This document shows positions 39,274 to 49,835 of a stretch of DNA of 64,000 nt, piece by piece. The notes beneath the pieces were generated by a model. That model did no database searches, was not told the DNA's origin, and saw nothing but the letters and a program-made list of their open reading frames with translations. The DNA is from Planctomycetales bacterium 10988 (lineage in GTDB: Bacteria > Planctomycetota > Planctomycetia > Pirellulales > Pb10988): assembly GCA_009664345.1 (NCBI GenBank), contig CP043547.1, positions 2,072,709 through 2,136,708 of the forward strand, in the 5' to 3' direction. The position numbers were made by a program, and so were the translations under genes. How positions within the stretch are numbered: the first letter of the stretch is position 1; each line of letters opens with the position of its first letter.

Positions 39274-40722
39274 TCAATTCCCAGCTACCAGTAAGACTAT
39301 GATGGTGAGCAGTGAAAGGAGAATCAAGACCCCCAAAGCAATGATTAGAAGCGGAGGCTTACTGGAAGAACTTTCCTTTTCCACTTTTGCGGTAGAAGTC
39401 TTCGCAGCTTGGGCGGCTTTCTTTAATTTATTGCCAGGAACCGCCGACCCGGTGGCGATCTCCTCTTGAACCGAGGCACCTTCGGCTGCGGCCTGCTTTT
39501 CCGGGCGAGGCGAATGAGTAGGGGTCGATTGGGCCATTTGGGCTGGTTCATCCGCCGGAGTCGGCTCCGCCTTGGCGACCATGGTATCGGCCTGCGATCC
39601 TTTGATCGTATCGCTTTCGGTTTTCGTGGGATTTTTTTGAGGAGCCGGCGAAATTCGGGAGTAAAGGGCCGGCGACCCGCTTTGATTGATCGAGAAATTA
39701 TTCAACGCCTCGATCACTTCTTCCATCGTCTGGTAGCGATGTTCCCGTTTCTTGGCCATCATCTTGTTGAGAATCTCCTCCAGTTCATCCGGCAAATCGG
39801 AGCGATCATCTCGAATCGGCAGTGGAGTCCCTACTTGATGACACATCAACTTCTTCGCCAAATTTTTTTCATTGGCGTAAGGGGCATGCCCGCACAGTAT
39901 ATAATAAAGGGTACAACCCAGGGCATAGACATCGGCCCGGCTATCGACGTGGTGACTATTGAGGGCTTGTTCCGGGGCCAAGAAATCCGCGGTTCCCAAC
40001 ACGTCTTCGTTATGAGCCAAGGTCAAAGAGGACTCATCGTCCGAGTTGGTAATGCGGGCCACCCCGAGGTCGAGAACTTTGATGGATTTTCGCTTGTCCA
40101 ACATCAAGTTGGCCGGTTTCATATCCCGGTGAACCATGCCTTGATCGTGGGCATGTTGCAGAGCCGAGGCGGCTTGAGCAATGTAAGTGGCTGCTTCGAC
40201 ATAATCCAAGACGCCCCCATCATCGACCAAACGTTGCAAATCTTTACCGTCGATGAATTCCAACACCATGTAATAAAGGCGTTCTTTTTCGCAATCGAAG
40301 TCGTGCGCCCGCACGATATTCGGGTGATCGAGCGAAGCCATCACCTGACATTCGCGGTGAAAACGCTCTAGGAACGAAGAGTCGTCCTTGCGGGCAGGCG
40401 GTAAGATTTTGATCGCGACTTGACGACGCATCATGGTATGCTCCGCCAAGTAAACGCTACTCATTCCCCCGCTGGAGATATGCCGTAAAAGCTTATATTT
40501 GCCGAGGAAAAAACCTTGGTGTTTCCCCTGCATGAGCTTTTCGTTTTGCCAATCGGTGATGAGATCCTTCTCGATTAAGCGGTTGGCGATTTGCCGCGCA
40601 TTGGTTGGAGCCTCGCCAATCTCGCGTTCCAATTCCGCGAGAGCAGCTTGCAATTCGGCTTCCGGCACGAGTTTACTTTTTCGCACCAGTTCGGGATAAT
40701 TCTTAACCGCTGAGGTAGACAT
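39274..40722 (-). CDS. Ser/Thr protein kinase with C-terminal TM anchor
   Basis: HRDMKPANLML, DLGVAR, APEQA. Conserved roughly 90-aa pre-kinase domain and a C-terminal hydrophobic helix (LLIIALGVLILLSLLTIIVLLVAG). Confidence 0.85.
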   Translation of the reverse strand: MSTSAVKNYPELVRKSKLVPEAELQAALAELEREIGEAPTNARQIANRLIEKDLITDWQNEKLMQGKHQGFFLGKYKLLRHISSGGMSSVYLAEHTMMRRQVAIKILPPARKDDSSFLERFHRECQVMASLDHPNIVRAHDFDCEKERLYYMVLEFIDGKDLQRLVDDGGVLDYVEAATYIAQAASALQHAHDQGMVHRDMKPANLMLDKRKSIKVLDLGVARITNSDDESSLTLAHNEDVLGTADFLAPEQALNSHHVDSRADVYALGCTLYYILCGHAPYANEKNLAKKLMCHQVGTPLPIRDDRSDLPDELEEILNKMMAKKREHRYQTMEEVIEALNNFSINQSGSPALYSRISPAPQKNPTKTESDTIKGSQADTMVAKAEPTPADEPAQMAQSTPTHSPRPEKQAAAEGASVQEEIATGSAVPGNKLKKAAQAAKTSTAKVEKESSSSKPPLLIIALGVLILLSLLTIIVLLVAGN

Positions 40723-41289
40723 GCAGATCGGACCGAAATGTCTAGAGAAGAAAAGGTCGTTAACCAGCCTAAGCGAAGAAACGGTACTCGAAGCAACCTT
40801 CCTACACCAAGCTTATCATCGAACGAGAACGCCCCTGAAAGATTCTTTCAGGAGGATAAACTGATCCGCAGAAATGCGAGTTAGGGAGAAAACTTCTTTC
40901 CTAAAATTCTAAATGGAATTTCGTCGGATCGCAATTCCCTCGCTCGATTCCGTACCGTTATTTCCTTGAGAAACTTAGCCGCTGAACGAAAGAAAGGCTC
41001 GGAAAGAGTTCGTTCAAGGCTAACTTCAGCTTCTTCAAGAAAAGCCCCATCGTCCACAACTCAAGGAGAGCATTTCGGCCCTCTTGAAATCTGCTCGGTC
41101 AGAGCCACGACTTGAATTACAACGTAACTTTCGCACCCCCGGCAATCAACTCCCCGCTGGTCGGAATTCCGAAAAAACGACCTTTCTCAAGGAGTCCTCC
41201 CTTACGCAATCGATTCGATGCACAAAAGAAGAACCTCCTGCAAGGACCCCGAGTCGGAGTGCAGCGTATACATCACACCGCGGAATCGT

Positions 41290-42591
41290 TTACGGTTCAA
41301 TAATCTCTTTATTCGGAGGCGGAATGAAGATCGGGGTTTTACATTTCGGGCAGCGAACGCGGCGGTTGGCAAGCTGAAAAGGTGCTCCAAAGGCCGACTT
41401 ACATCCACCACATAACACCCGCAACATCGGGCGATCATTCATAACGACCGTGTTTCTGTCCACATTCGAACTGGTCTCCCCGACAGGGTCCGATTTCTTC
41501 GGAGTCGTTGCATCGAAGACCGTTTTCCCTTTAATTTCAAACTTGCTGGGATTCGCCCAAGGCTCTAAAAGATCGACCACTTCTTGCATGTCGTGAGGGC
41601 GATCATCGGGAGCTTTTGCCATCATCTGTTCGACAATTTGGGCCAAGGGATGAGGAACGTCAGGTCGAATTTCCTCAATTTTTTCCGGCTTTTGCAGCTG
41701 ATGAGCAAGCAGTTTTTGGGCTTGATGGCCATCTGGGAACGGTGGGTGCCCAGCCAGCAAGGCATAAAAGGTACAGCCCAGACTATAGATATCCGCTCGA
41801 TGATCGACTTCGTGGCTGTTCATGGCTTGTTCGGGTGCCAAGTAATCGATCGTTCCCAAGAGATTTTGATTGCTCGTCAAGGTCAGCGAATCATCGAATC
41901 CCGTAATCCGGGCGATTCCCATGTCCAGAACTTTCAAGGTTCCTTGACCATCCACTAAGAGATTCGCCGGTTTGATATCCCGGTGAACCATTTCAAGCCG
42001 ATGAGCCTCGGACAATCCCAATGCTGCTTGACGGATATAATCCGCAGCCGTTCCAAAATCGAGCTTTCGTTTATTAATAAGATATTTTTCTAGGCTGTGA
42101 CCGGCAACATACTCCATCACTAAATAATGAAATTTGCCGTCCGAATCAAAATCAAACGCCCGGACAATATTAGGGTGATCGAGCAAAGCAACCGCTTGGC
42201 ATTCCCGACGAAATCGCTCTAGGGCAATATTGTCAACCCTGGCTTCCAGCAAGACCTTGATGGCAACCTTGCGACGCATCATGACATGTTCGGCCAAATA
42301 GACCGTACTCATGCCACCGGTGCCGAGAAAATCGAGCAGTTTATATTTGCCAAGGAAAAACCCCTTGGAACGCCCATCCATCAAATGACGATTTTGCCAT
42401 TTAGTAATGAGTTGCAGGTCTCGTAAACGGTCCGCCAGAATGATGCTATCACTCGGGGTTGATCCCCCGCTCTCTTGTTCCAAATCGGACATGATCGCAT
42501 CAAGAGAGTCCTTCTCGACGATCCCGCTTCGACGAACAAGTTCAGCATATTCGTTTAGATGACGAACTTTGCCTTTTTGTTGTTTAGCCAT
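41290..42591 (-). CDS. Ser/Thr protein kinase with C-terminal C4 zinc ribbon
   Basis: HRDIKPANLLV, DMGIAR, APEQA. Same N-terminal pre-kinase domain as the neighbouring kinase. C-terminus LCGGCK...RCPKCKTPIF. Confidence 0.85.
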   Translation of the reverse strand: MAKQQKGKVRHLNEYAELVRRSGIVEKDSLDAIMSDLEQESGGSTPSDSIILADRLRDLQLITKWQNRHLMDGRSKGFFLGKYKLLDFLGTGGMSTVYLAEHVMMRRKVAIKVLLEARVDNIALERFRRECQAVALLDHPNIVRAFDFDSDGKFHYLVMEYVAGHSLEKYLINKRKLDFGTAADYIRQAALGLSEAHRLEMVHRDIKPANLLVDGQGTLKVLDMGIARITGFDDSLTLTSNQNLLGTIDYLAPEQAMNSHEVDHRADIYSLGCTFYALLAGHPPFPDGHQAQKLLAHQLQKPEKIEEIRPDVPHPLAQIVEQMMAKAPDDRPHDMQEVVDLLEPWANPSKFEIKGKTVFDATTPKKSDPVGETSSNVDRNTVVMNDRPMLRVLCGGCKSAFGAPFQLANRRVRCPKCKTPIFIPPPNKEIIEP

Positions 42592-43352
42592 CTATATTGA
42601 ATCCTAATCTCCGTGGAGGAGGGTTGGGAGCAACTCGCTCCGATAGGGTCCCGACCTAAACACTCCCACACAAAGTTATTCTGTCTTCGTGACAGAGGCC
42701 ATAGTTGTGCCGAATCCAAGGTGATTGACACCAAGTTCGTGCATTATAGCTTTTCTTGCCTAATTAACAAGGAATAATCCATCAGCCCCTGACCATCTTC
42801 AAGAGGATTTTTTTCCTTTCGAAAGACGGAGAGCATTGCAACGATGTTCAAAAATGCGTATCCCAAAACGATTTTGTTCTAAGTTCTTGCACAAGAAAAT
42901 TCTTTAGGAGACACTTTTTTCAATCTTCGCTCGAATCGCGAAACCGTGATAAGAACCCAATTGACTCCATCTTTTTCCTGGTTGCGGACATTGAAGTTCC
43001 TTCAACCCATAAAAGATGAGAAGTAGGAAAAAGATGTCTAGTCGTTAGCTGAGTCATATTAAGAATCCTTTCTTAATAAGAGTCAAAGAGTAAACGCATC
43101 AAATAATGCCATTGAAGAGAAGAGTCTCAAAACGATTTTTACTCAAAAACCCAACTTAGTTCTGCCAACTTCGTTGTTGTCAGCTTGTTACTGAGGTTAT
43201 TATGATACATAAATGTCCTCAAAGTAAAAGAAAAATTTTGAATTTCTCCATAATAATCAAAAACTCAGAGATAAATCGGTTCCGAGCCTAAATCACGCGA
43301 GTGGAATGCACGGGTACATTTCGGTTCGCAAGCCTTACAATTCTAGGACGCT

Positions 43353-46028
43353 TTGCTGGTTCCGATGAAAATACGGATGGGAGTTCCGACCATGATGATC
43401 GCGAGACGACTACCTTTCTCTTGGAGGCTTTTCGGCTTCCCCTTGGTGATCATCGTCCTCTTGGGCGTTCAGCCAGAGCTTCTTCTTTTTGGACAAGAGC
43501 CGCTGAATCGAATCCCCAACCTCATCGAGCAGCTTGGTGACCCTGATTATTTCATCCGGTCTCAAGCCCAAGAAGAATTGAGCCGCTTCGGGGCGGATGC
43601 CATTGATGCACTGAATGTCGCCATTCAGCCCGGTCAAGACCTGGAAGTACAAAAACGGGCCCGTTATCTACTGAATAGTATTCATGCGGATTATCTCCAA
43701 GGGGGAGAATCCAAGGAAATCCGCGAAATTTTGGAAGATTATCAGCAGCAAGACCCCGAGAGCCGACGGTTGCGAATCGAGCAGCTTTCCCAACTCCCTG
43801 AAGAAGCCGGCTTGGTCTCCCTCTGCCGGATCGTGCAATTTGATCATTCTTCGGTGCTTTCCAAGTGGGCCGCAGTCACGATCATGGAGATGCCGGCCAG
43901 CGAGGAAGAGGCCAGCGGTTCACGAATCACACGAATTCAAGAGGCCCTTGATCAGAGTCTCCGCCCTGGTGCCCGTTGGTTGCGTCTTTCGCTACAGGCA
44001 GAAGAGGGAAATCAAAAGGCATTCAATCAGTTTCTTGATGCAGTTCAGGCAGAACGACGCCTGTTTAGTCTTTCGCCTGTGGAGACCTCCCGGCCGATTG
44101 TCCTTTCTCTCTTATCGACGCAAGTACGCCTGCAACGAGCCCAAGGACTCGACCTTGCCGCCCGGGCCACCATGATGGAGATGATCGAACTTGAAATTGA
44201 AGAAGATACCACGCTCACTCGGTTGATTGATGAATCGATTGAACAAGCCGATTGGGCCTCGCTCGATCAAGTGGTGGATCGCTTTGAACAACGCATCGAC
44301 CAATCCCCGATTCTGCTTTATCGCTTGGCGGAAGTGCAGCAATTGCAAGGAAACCTGCAAAAAGCGAAGGACCTCGCCGATCGGGCCTTGCAGCTCAATC
44401 CCGAAGACCCCCGCAGCCATTTCCTCATGGCCTATGAACTTGGCAAGCGAGGACTCTGGAAATGGTCGCAGCAAGAAGCGGAACTCCTCCAGAAGCAACC
44501 TTCTCTGGTACTTCCTTATGATCTAAGTTTGCCGGAAGACCCCATCGAACCCGTTGGTAATTACTTGCGAGATTTTCTCGAACAAGAAGAAACGAATCAG
44601 ATTCAAAGAGTGGAAAAGCTGGCCTCGCTGCATCCCTCTCAAGGACTTTCCGCGTTAAGCCGCATCGTCCGCTTCACACCGGAAGAGAAAATCTCGAAGC
44701 TCGCTGCGTTGGGAATCATTGAGCAAGCCCAAGTCGATCCTGTCTCCTGGCCCTGGCGAGCCGAGCTCCTTTCGCAAACCATCGGCCGCGAAGATCGCAC
44801 CGGAATTCAATGGGTCCAAGTTTATTTACTGGCTCAGGAAGAGCCTGCTCAAGCCGCCGAGAAATGGCTCACTTGTATTCAAGATGAAATCAAATTCATG
44901 GCGGAAAACCGCAACAATGTCGCGAGCCAACAGTTTATCAATGTCCTCAGGCAGAACCGTTATCATTTATTGCGCGAGCTAGATGAGACGGCGATGGCCA
45001 AAGAGGAATTGCTGCTCATGGTCGAGGAAGTCCCCGCGATGGCTCCTTCCCTGGTTGCCTTGAAAGAACTCATGATCAAGAAGCAAGAATGGGAGATGCT
45101 TGACCTTCTTGGACAAAAAAACGACCGCATCTTTAAGAGCGTTCCGATGTTGCTGTATGCCTGGGCTGCCGCCAAGAAACATCTTGGGAATGAAGACGCC
45201 GCCAAGCAATTCGCAAAACAAGCCCTCGGCTTCAAGATGGGAGAGCGTGCCGAACACTGGTCGCGTGCGGTGGAACTGAAAGAAGACGGCATGACCGACT
45301 GGGCCGAAGTCGAATTCCGTGAAACGATTGACCGCGACGAACGGGGCGGGATTTATGCCATCAATGCCATGTTCCGCTTAGCCGAGATTTGGCATGAACA
45401 AGAGCGACACATGGAAGCCGCCGATTTATTGCAAGAAGCGATCGAAGATCAACGGGCCAACGCCCAACGGCGAGACATCTTCTCCGCCAATTTCTTTCCA
45501 ACACGGATCGAGTATTTCAAAGGTTTGCATCATCTCAAACAGGGCGACCTTGATCAAGCAAATGAACATTTAGAAAAAGCCGTGAAGCTCTGTGAGGAGG
45601 AACCGGATGCTGATGTGCTCATTGCCTTCTATCGACTTCCCAACCTAACCGCTCAACAGAGCAAGTGGATTAAGGCCCTCATTCAAAAGACCGCTGCGAG
45701 TTTTGAAAAAGAGATTGCTTTACGGGAGCGTGAAGATAACGGCATGCTGAAGTCTACTCCTTATAATCAATATGCTTGGCTCATCAGCAATACCGAAGGG
45801 GACTACGAACAGGCATTAAAGTATTCAAGAAAATCTTTGGAACTTCGGCCCGGTATGTCAGGTTATCTCGATACATTGGGCCGAGCTTACTTTGCCATCG
45901 GGGACCTCGACCAGGCGATCGCGATTCAAAAAGAAGCCGTCAAACGTGACCCTTACTCCCCGCCGCTTGTTAATCAATTAGAGTATTTTCAAAAAGAAAA
46001 GCAAAATTCCAAAGAGTCAAAAAGTTAA
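43353..46028 (+). CDS. TPR-repeat protein with N-terminal membrane anchor/signal
   Basis: Hydrophobic N-terminus (FGFPLVIIVLLGV) and numerous TPR-like helical pairs (e.g. AKDLADRALQLNPEDPRSHFLMAYELGKRG; ALKYSRKSLELRPGMSGYLDTLGRAYFAIGDLDQAIAIQKEAVKRDP). Confidence 0.75.
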   Translation: MLVPMKIRMGVPTMMIARRLPFSWRLFGFPLVIIVLLGVQPELLLFGQEPLNRIPNLIEQLGDPDYFIRSQAQEELSRFGADAIDALNVAIQPGQDLEVQKRARYLLNSIHADYLQGGESKEIREILEDYQQQDPESRRLRIEQLSQLPEEAGLVSLCRIVQFDHSSVLSKWAAVTIMEMPASEEEASGSRITRIQEALDQSLRPGARWLRLSLQAEEGNQKAFNQFLDAVQAERRLFSLSPVETSRPIVLSLLSTQVRLQRAQGLDLAARATMMEMIELEIEEDTTLTRLIDESIEQADWASLDQVVDRFEQRIDQSPILLYRLAEVQQLQGNLQKAKDLADRALQLNPEDPRSHFLMAYELGKRGLWKWSQQEAELLQKQPSLVLPYDLSLPEDPIEPVGNYLRDFLEQEETNQIQRVEKLASLHPSQGLSALSRIVRFTPEEKISKLAALGIIEQAQVDPVSWPWRAELLSQTIGREDRTGIQWVQVYLLAQEEPAQAAEKWLTCIQDEIKFMAENRNNVASQQFINVLRQNRYHLLRELDETAMAKEELLLMVEEVPAMAPSLVALKELMIKKQEWEMLDLLGQKNDRIFKSVPMLLYAWAAAKKHLGNEDAAKQFAKQALGFKMGERAEHWSRAVELKEDGMTDWAEVEFRETIDRDERGGIYAINAMFRLAEIWHEQERHMEAADLLQEAIEDQRANAQRRDIFSANFFPTRIEYFKGLHHLKQGDLDQANEHLEKAVKLCEEEPDADVLIAFYRLPNLTAQQSKWIKALIQKTAASFEKEIALREREDNGMLKSTPYNQYAWLISNTEGDYEQALKYSRKSLELRPGMSGYLDTLGRAYFAIGDLDQAIAIQKEAVKRDPYSPPLVNQLEYFQKEKQNSKESKS

Positions 46029-46087
46029 TTTCAAGTGTCAGATTTTCTTCTATTACATTTTATTGTTTACAACAACAATTTTAACGC

Positions 46088-46594
46088 TTGCTATTGGAAC
46101 GATGTTCGTTGAATACTGTCGAACCTAGGCAACCGTCTTTGAAGAAAGAAAAGCCTCCCCGCCCTCTTTCTGAACAACCAACAAATCCCTGGAAGAATCA
46201 CTTTCTGCTTTTTGTATCTTATAGTTGTGTTCTACTTTTAGCTGCGACATTAAAAATTAAACAAAATGCTTTTGTGGTTTTACCTGGAAATCTGTGGCAA
46301 CTTCCCGAACTTTGCTTTGCTAAAAGAGTTTATGGTCTCCCCTGCCCTGGCTGCGGAACGACAAGGGCGTTTATCTCGATGGCGCATGGAGATTGGTTCT
46401 CTGCTTTTCATTACAATGTCGTCGGCACTTTGTTATTTCTATTTGTATGTATACAAATTCCCTATCAACTTTTTCAATGTATTCGTTGTTGGCAAGGAAA
46501 ATCCCCCTACAAAACTTTTCCCTACTGGTTCTGGGTTTATATTTGTATCATTCCAATCATGCTCATTCAATGGGTTGAAAAAGTTTGGTTATAA
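46088..46594 (+). CDS. DUF2752-like membrane protein
   Basis: YGLPCPGCGTTRAF is the DUF2752 signature, followed by hydrophobic helices. The gene is markedly AT-rich relative to its neighbours. Confidence 0.5.
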   Translation: MLLERCSLNTVEPRQPSLKKEKPPRPLSEQPTNPWKNHFLLFVSYSCVLLLAATLKIKQNAFVVLPGNLWQLPELCFAKRVYGLPCPGCGTTRAFISMAHGDWFSAFHYNVVGTLLFLFVCIQIPYQLFQCIRCWQGKSPYKTFPYWFWVYICIIPIMLIQWVEKVWL

Positions 46595-46773
46595 GTTGGA
46601 ATATTTTTCTATACGACACTTGTTGTAGAAACACTTCTACTTTTTGACATCTTTGATCAAAGGCTAATTTTTACCTTTCCCCCCTTTTATCTTTGTTCAT
46701 TCGCGGTTACAAAGTGAACACGGTATCGTTGTGAACTCAAAGCTTTCAACTTCTCGATCGTTCGGGATAATTC

Positions 46774-48699
46774 ATGTCGGAGACCTCGCTCTCCTCAGCT
46801 TCTGCTTCCGATCCCCCTCCTCCTCGCGAAAAAGCAAAACGCGCGTGGTGGAAACCGCTGCCGCTAGGGCTCCATCTTGACCCGGCATTATTTTCCGGGG
46901 CGAATATTCATATCTTAGGTTCGCTGCTGCTTTCTTTTTTGGTCGGTCCCTTGGTCGGCTTGTCGGCGGTTTTCTTTGCTCTGTGGATTCATTGGGTTCG
47001 CGCTTACACAGTCGAACCTTTGCGGGCCTTTGAACCTTTATATCCCTTGATGACGCCAGGTTGGCATTGGCTGATTCCCTTGGTTCCCGTCGCTGGATTG
47101 TTGGTGGTTTCCGGCATTACTCGCTTCTATGCCGCTGAGGTCCGCGGTAGTGGCGTGCCGGAAGTTATCTCCGCGGTCGCTTGCCGACATGGCATCATTC
47201 GTCAACGGGTGATGTGGCTCAAGGCCCTCTTGAGTGGTTTAACGGTTGGAACAGGCGGTTCGGTCGGAACGGAAGGCCCGATCATTCAAACCGGAGCTGC
47301 CCTCGCCAGCCAATTCGGGCAGACCTTCAAAATCAGCGAGCGGAATATGAAAATCCTGGTCGCCAGTGGTGCGGCTGCCGGGATTAGTGCCAGTTTCGGG
47401 GCTCCCTTGGCGGGAGTCTTGTTCGCCTGCGAAGTCATTTTGGGAAACTTCGCCTTGAATAGTTTGACGCCGATTGTGCTGGCGGCGGTTCTTTCGAATC
47501 TCACCTTTGAATTAGGCATCTCTTACTTTGATCCCCATGGTGTCAACGTTGCCGGCGAAGTTCGCCCTCTGCTGGGTTTGGCGGAATATCGCCTCGAAAA
47601 CCCTTTCGCTTTGCCTCTCTATTTGATTTTGGGAGTATTGAGCGGTTTCGTGGCGGTCAGTTTCAATCATGCCATTTATCGCACGGAAGATTTCTTTCAA
47701 AAGTATCTGCCGAAGTGGTGGCAACGGGCACTCGTGGGCGGTCTCGCGGTTGGTCTGATTGGGATGCCCCCGGTAATGCATAGTCTCAATGGCAATGGCT
47801 ATGAAACGATTCAGGCCTGCCTCGAAGCTACTAGTATGGATGCCGTGGAGCTAAGCGCCGGGATTCTGTTGATCCTACTGGTCTTCAAAATCACGATCAC
47901 AAGCATCACGCTCGGCGGCGGAGGCTCAGGCGGGATTTTCGCTCCATCGCTTTTTTTAGGGGCCGTCCTCGGGGGCATCTTTGGGCAAGTCCTTTGTTGG
48001 ATTTCGCCCGAGTTGGGCTTTCGCCCCGGCTCCTTTAGTGTGGTCGGCATGGCTGCCGTGGTCGCTGGGACAACGCATGCCCCGATCAGTACCGTGCTGA
48101 TCTTGTTTGAAATGACCTTGAATTACAGCATCATCTTGCCCCTGATGTGTGCCGCCGTCTTGGCCAGTGTGACCAGTAGTTATCTCGATCCGGAAAGTAT
48201 TTACTTAAAGAAACTTGCTCGACGTGGGGAACTGGCGACCTTTAGCCATCATACAACGAGCCTCGAAGATATCTATGTGCGGGATTTAATGATCCGCAAC
48301 TTTCCCACCGTTCCGCTGGATGCCAACTTGACGGATATGGTCCGGGCGGCGACTTCGCACCCAAATCTGGAAGCCCTGCCGGTGGTTGATCGCCAAGGAA
48401 AGTTAACCGGAATCATTGGAAGTGAGGACTTACACCGGATGCTTGATTCCGACCTGCAACCGAGCTTGGTGCGGGCGGATGATCTGGTTCGAGAAACGCC
48501 GACGGTCCTTTCTCCGGAAGATAATCTTCTGCTCGCTTTGGGCGGTTTTGGGGAGCGCGACCTGGAGGTCTTGCCGGTAATGTCGCTGGCCACCACCGGA
48601 CCGCGACGCTTGGTAGGACTCTTAACGCGGGAAGATGCCATTCGACGTTATCGCGAAGAACTCCGGCGACATCATCACCGTCAACGCAAGGCCTTTTAG
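46774..48699 (+). CDS. ClC-family chloride channel / H+-Cl- antiporter with C-terminal CBS pair
   Basis: Selectivity-filter motifs GSGVPEV, GSVGTEGP, GIFAPSLFLG; two CBS-like segments at the C-terminus. Confidence 0.85.
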   Translation: MSETSLSSASASDPPPPREKAKRAWWKPLPLGLHLDPALFSGANIHILGSLLLSFLVGPLVGLSAVFFALWIHWVRAYTVEPLRAFEPLYPLMTPGWHWLIPLVPVAGLLVVSGITRFYAAEVRGSGVPEVISAVACRHGIIRQRVMWLKALLSGLTVGTGGSVGTEGPIIQTGAALASQFGQTFKISERNMKILVASGAAAGISASFGAPLAGVLFACEVILGNFALNSLTPIVLAAVLSNLTFELGISYFDPHGVNVAGEVRPLLGLAEYRLENPFALPLYLILGVLSGFVAVSFNHAIYRTEDFFQKYLPKWWQRALVGGLAVGLIGMPPVMHSLNGNGYETIQACLEATSMDAVELSAGILLILLVFKITITSITLGGGGSGGIFAPSLFLGAVLGGIFGQVLCWISPELGFRPGSFSVVGMAAVVAGTTHAPISTVLILFEMTLNYSIILPLMCAAVLASVTSSYLDPESIYLKKLARRGELATFSHHTTSLEDIYVRDLMIRNFPTVPLDANLTDMVRAATSHPNLEALPVVDRQGKLTGIIGSEDLHRMLDSDLQPSLVRADDLVRETPTVLSPEDNLLLALGGFGERDLEVLPVMSLATTGPRRLVGLLTREDAIRRYREELRRHHHRQRKAF

Positions 48700-48904
48700 C
48701 AAAAAAATCCCTGAAACTTTTGAACGCACGCTCTTCTTGTGTTGGATAAAAGTTAAGTAAAATGCCCCCTCTCTCTTGCGATAACAACAGGGCTTTGCTA
48801 AGTTTCCGACGCCAGAGGCAAAGGGAAACAACCTACTTCGGCCCAGGCCGCCGAAGAATACATTTACCGATTTTTTTGATCCATAGTCCGAGGGGTAAGG
48901 AACG

Positions 48905-49684
48905 ATGTCGAACGATAATCCATTTTCAAGTTCTTCCAATCCATTTGAGACACCTGCTTCGAATTTCTCTCCACACGCCCCTGGCGAAGCCGTCCCGATC
49001 TCTCCTCAGATCTTTACGCTCGACTATGTCGTTCAGACAACCAAAGAGATCTATATGGAGCGTTTCGCCCCGGTTTTTTTCAGTACACTTATTTTCTGGG
49101 GGGTTAGCTTTGTAGGTGGGCTCCCCGCTCAGTTCGCACAAGGGTTGATGAACCCAGAACTCGGAATCGTGAAGGATGAAGCCGGCTTGCTGCTGATGGC
49201 CGCTCTTTGGTTTTTCTTTTACATCATCTCGTTAGTCATCAACGTTTGGATTTTGGCCGGGCACACGAAATTTTTAATGCAAGTTGTCCGGGGTGAAACA
49301 GAAAATTACGGAGTGATATTTTCCGGACCAAATTTTCTTTCCCTCTTGGGAACGTCCCTTCTTTATTACCTCATGCTGGGCTTTGGGATGGTCTTTTTCA
49401 TTCTCCCTGGGATTTTTCTCTTTACGGCCCTCTGGCCTTGTATTTATTTAGTCATTGACGATCGCACGAATACCTTGGGCTCTTTCGGAACGGCCTGGGA
49501 ATATACCGAAGGAAATCGTCTTACAGTGTTCTTGCTTGCCTTGGTCATGATCTTGGTAAGTCTTTGTGGTTTGCTGCTCTGCTGCATCGGGGTGATCTTT
49601 GCTTTCCCGGCGATTCTGCTTGGATACGTGGTCGCTTACTTTGCCATTACAGGCCAACCGACGTTCTTGGATGCTAGAAAATAA
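48905..49684 (+). CDS. multi-pass membrane protein, tandem paralog 1 of 4 (MSNDNPF... family)
   Basis: Motifs shared with the three following genes: N-terminal DNPF, FLMQVVRGE, LPGIFLFTALWP, LGSFGTAWEYTEGNRL, ITGQPTFL. Confidence 0.65.
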   Translation: MSNDNPFSSSSNPFETPASNFSPHAPGEAVPISPQIFTLDYVVQTTKEIYMERFAPVFFSTLIFWGVSFVGGLPAQFAQGLMNPELGIVKDEAGLLLMAALWFFFYIISLVINVWILAGHTKFLMQVVRGETENYGVIFSGPNFLSLLGTSLLYYLMLGFGMVFFILPGIFLFTALWPCIYLVIDDRTNTLGSFGTAWEYTEGNRLTVFLLALVMILVSLCGLLLCCIGVIFAFPAILLGYVVAYFAITGQPTFLDARK

Positions 49685-49835
49685 TTGATCAAAGCGAATT
49701 GAATGATTCCAATTAAAGGGTTGTGCTTAGCGGAATTCACTGCTATTCATAACCCTTTTGCTATTGATCCTTGTTTCATTCACTCTGTGATGCATGAATC
49801 CCTGCTCTACTCTTCCTCCAAGTTGGCAATCAACC

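Noticed and set aside
39466-40371. 301-aa plus-strand ORF
   Set aside because: Antisense to the Ser/Thr kinase gene, which has canonical HRD/DLG/APE motifs.
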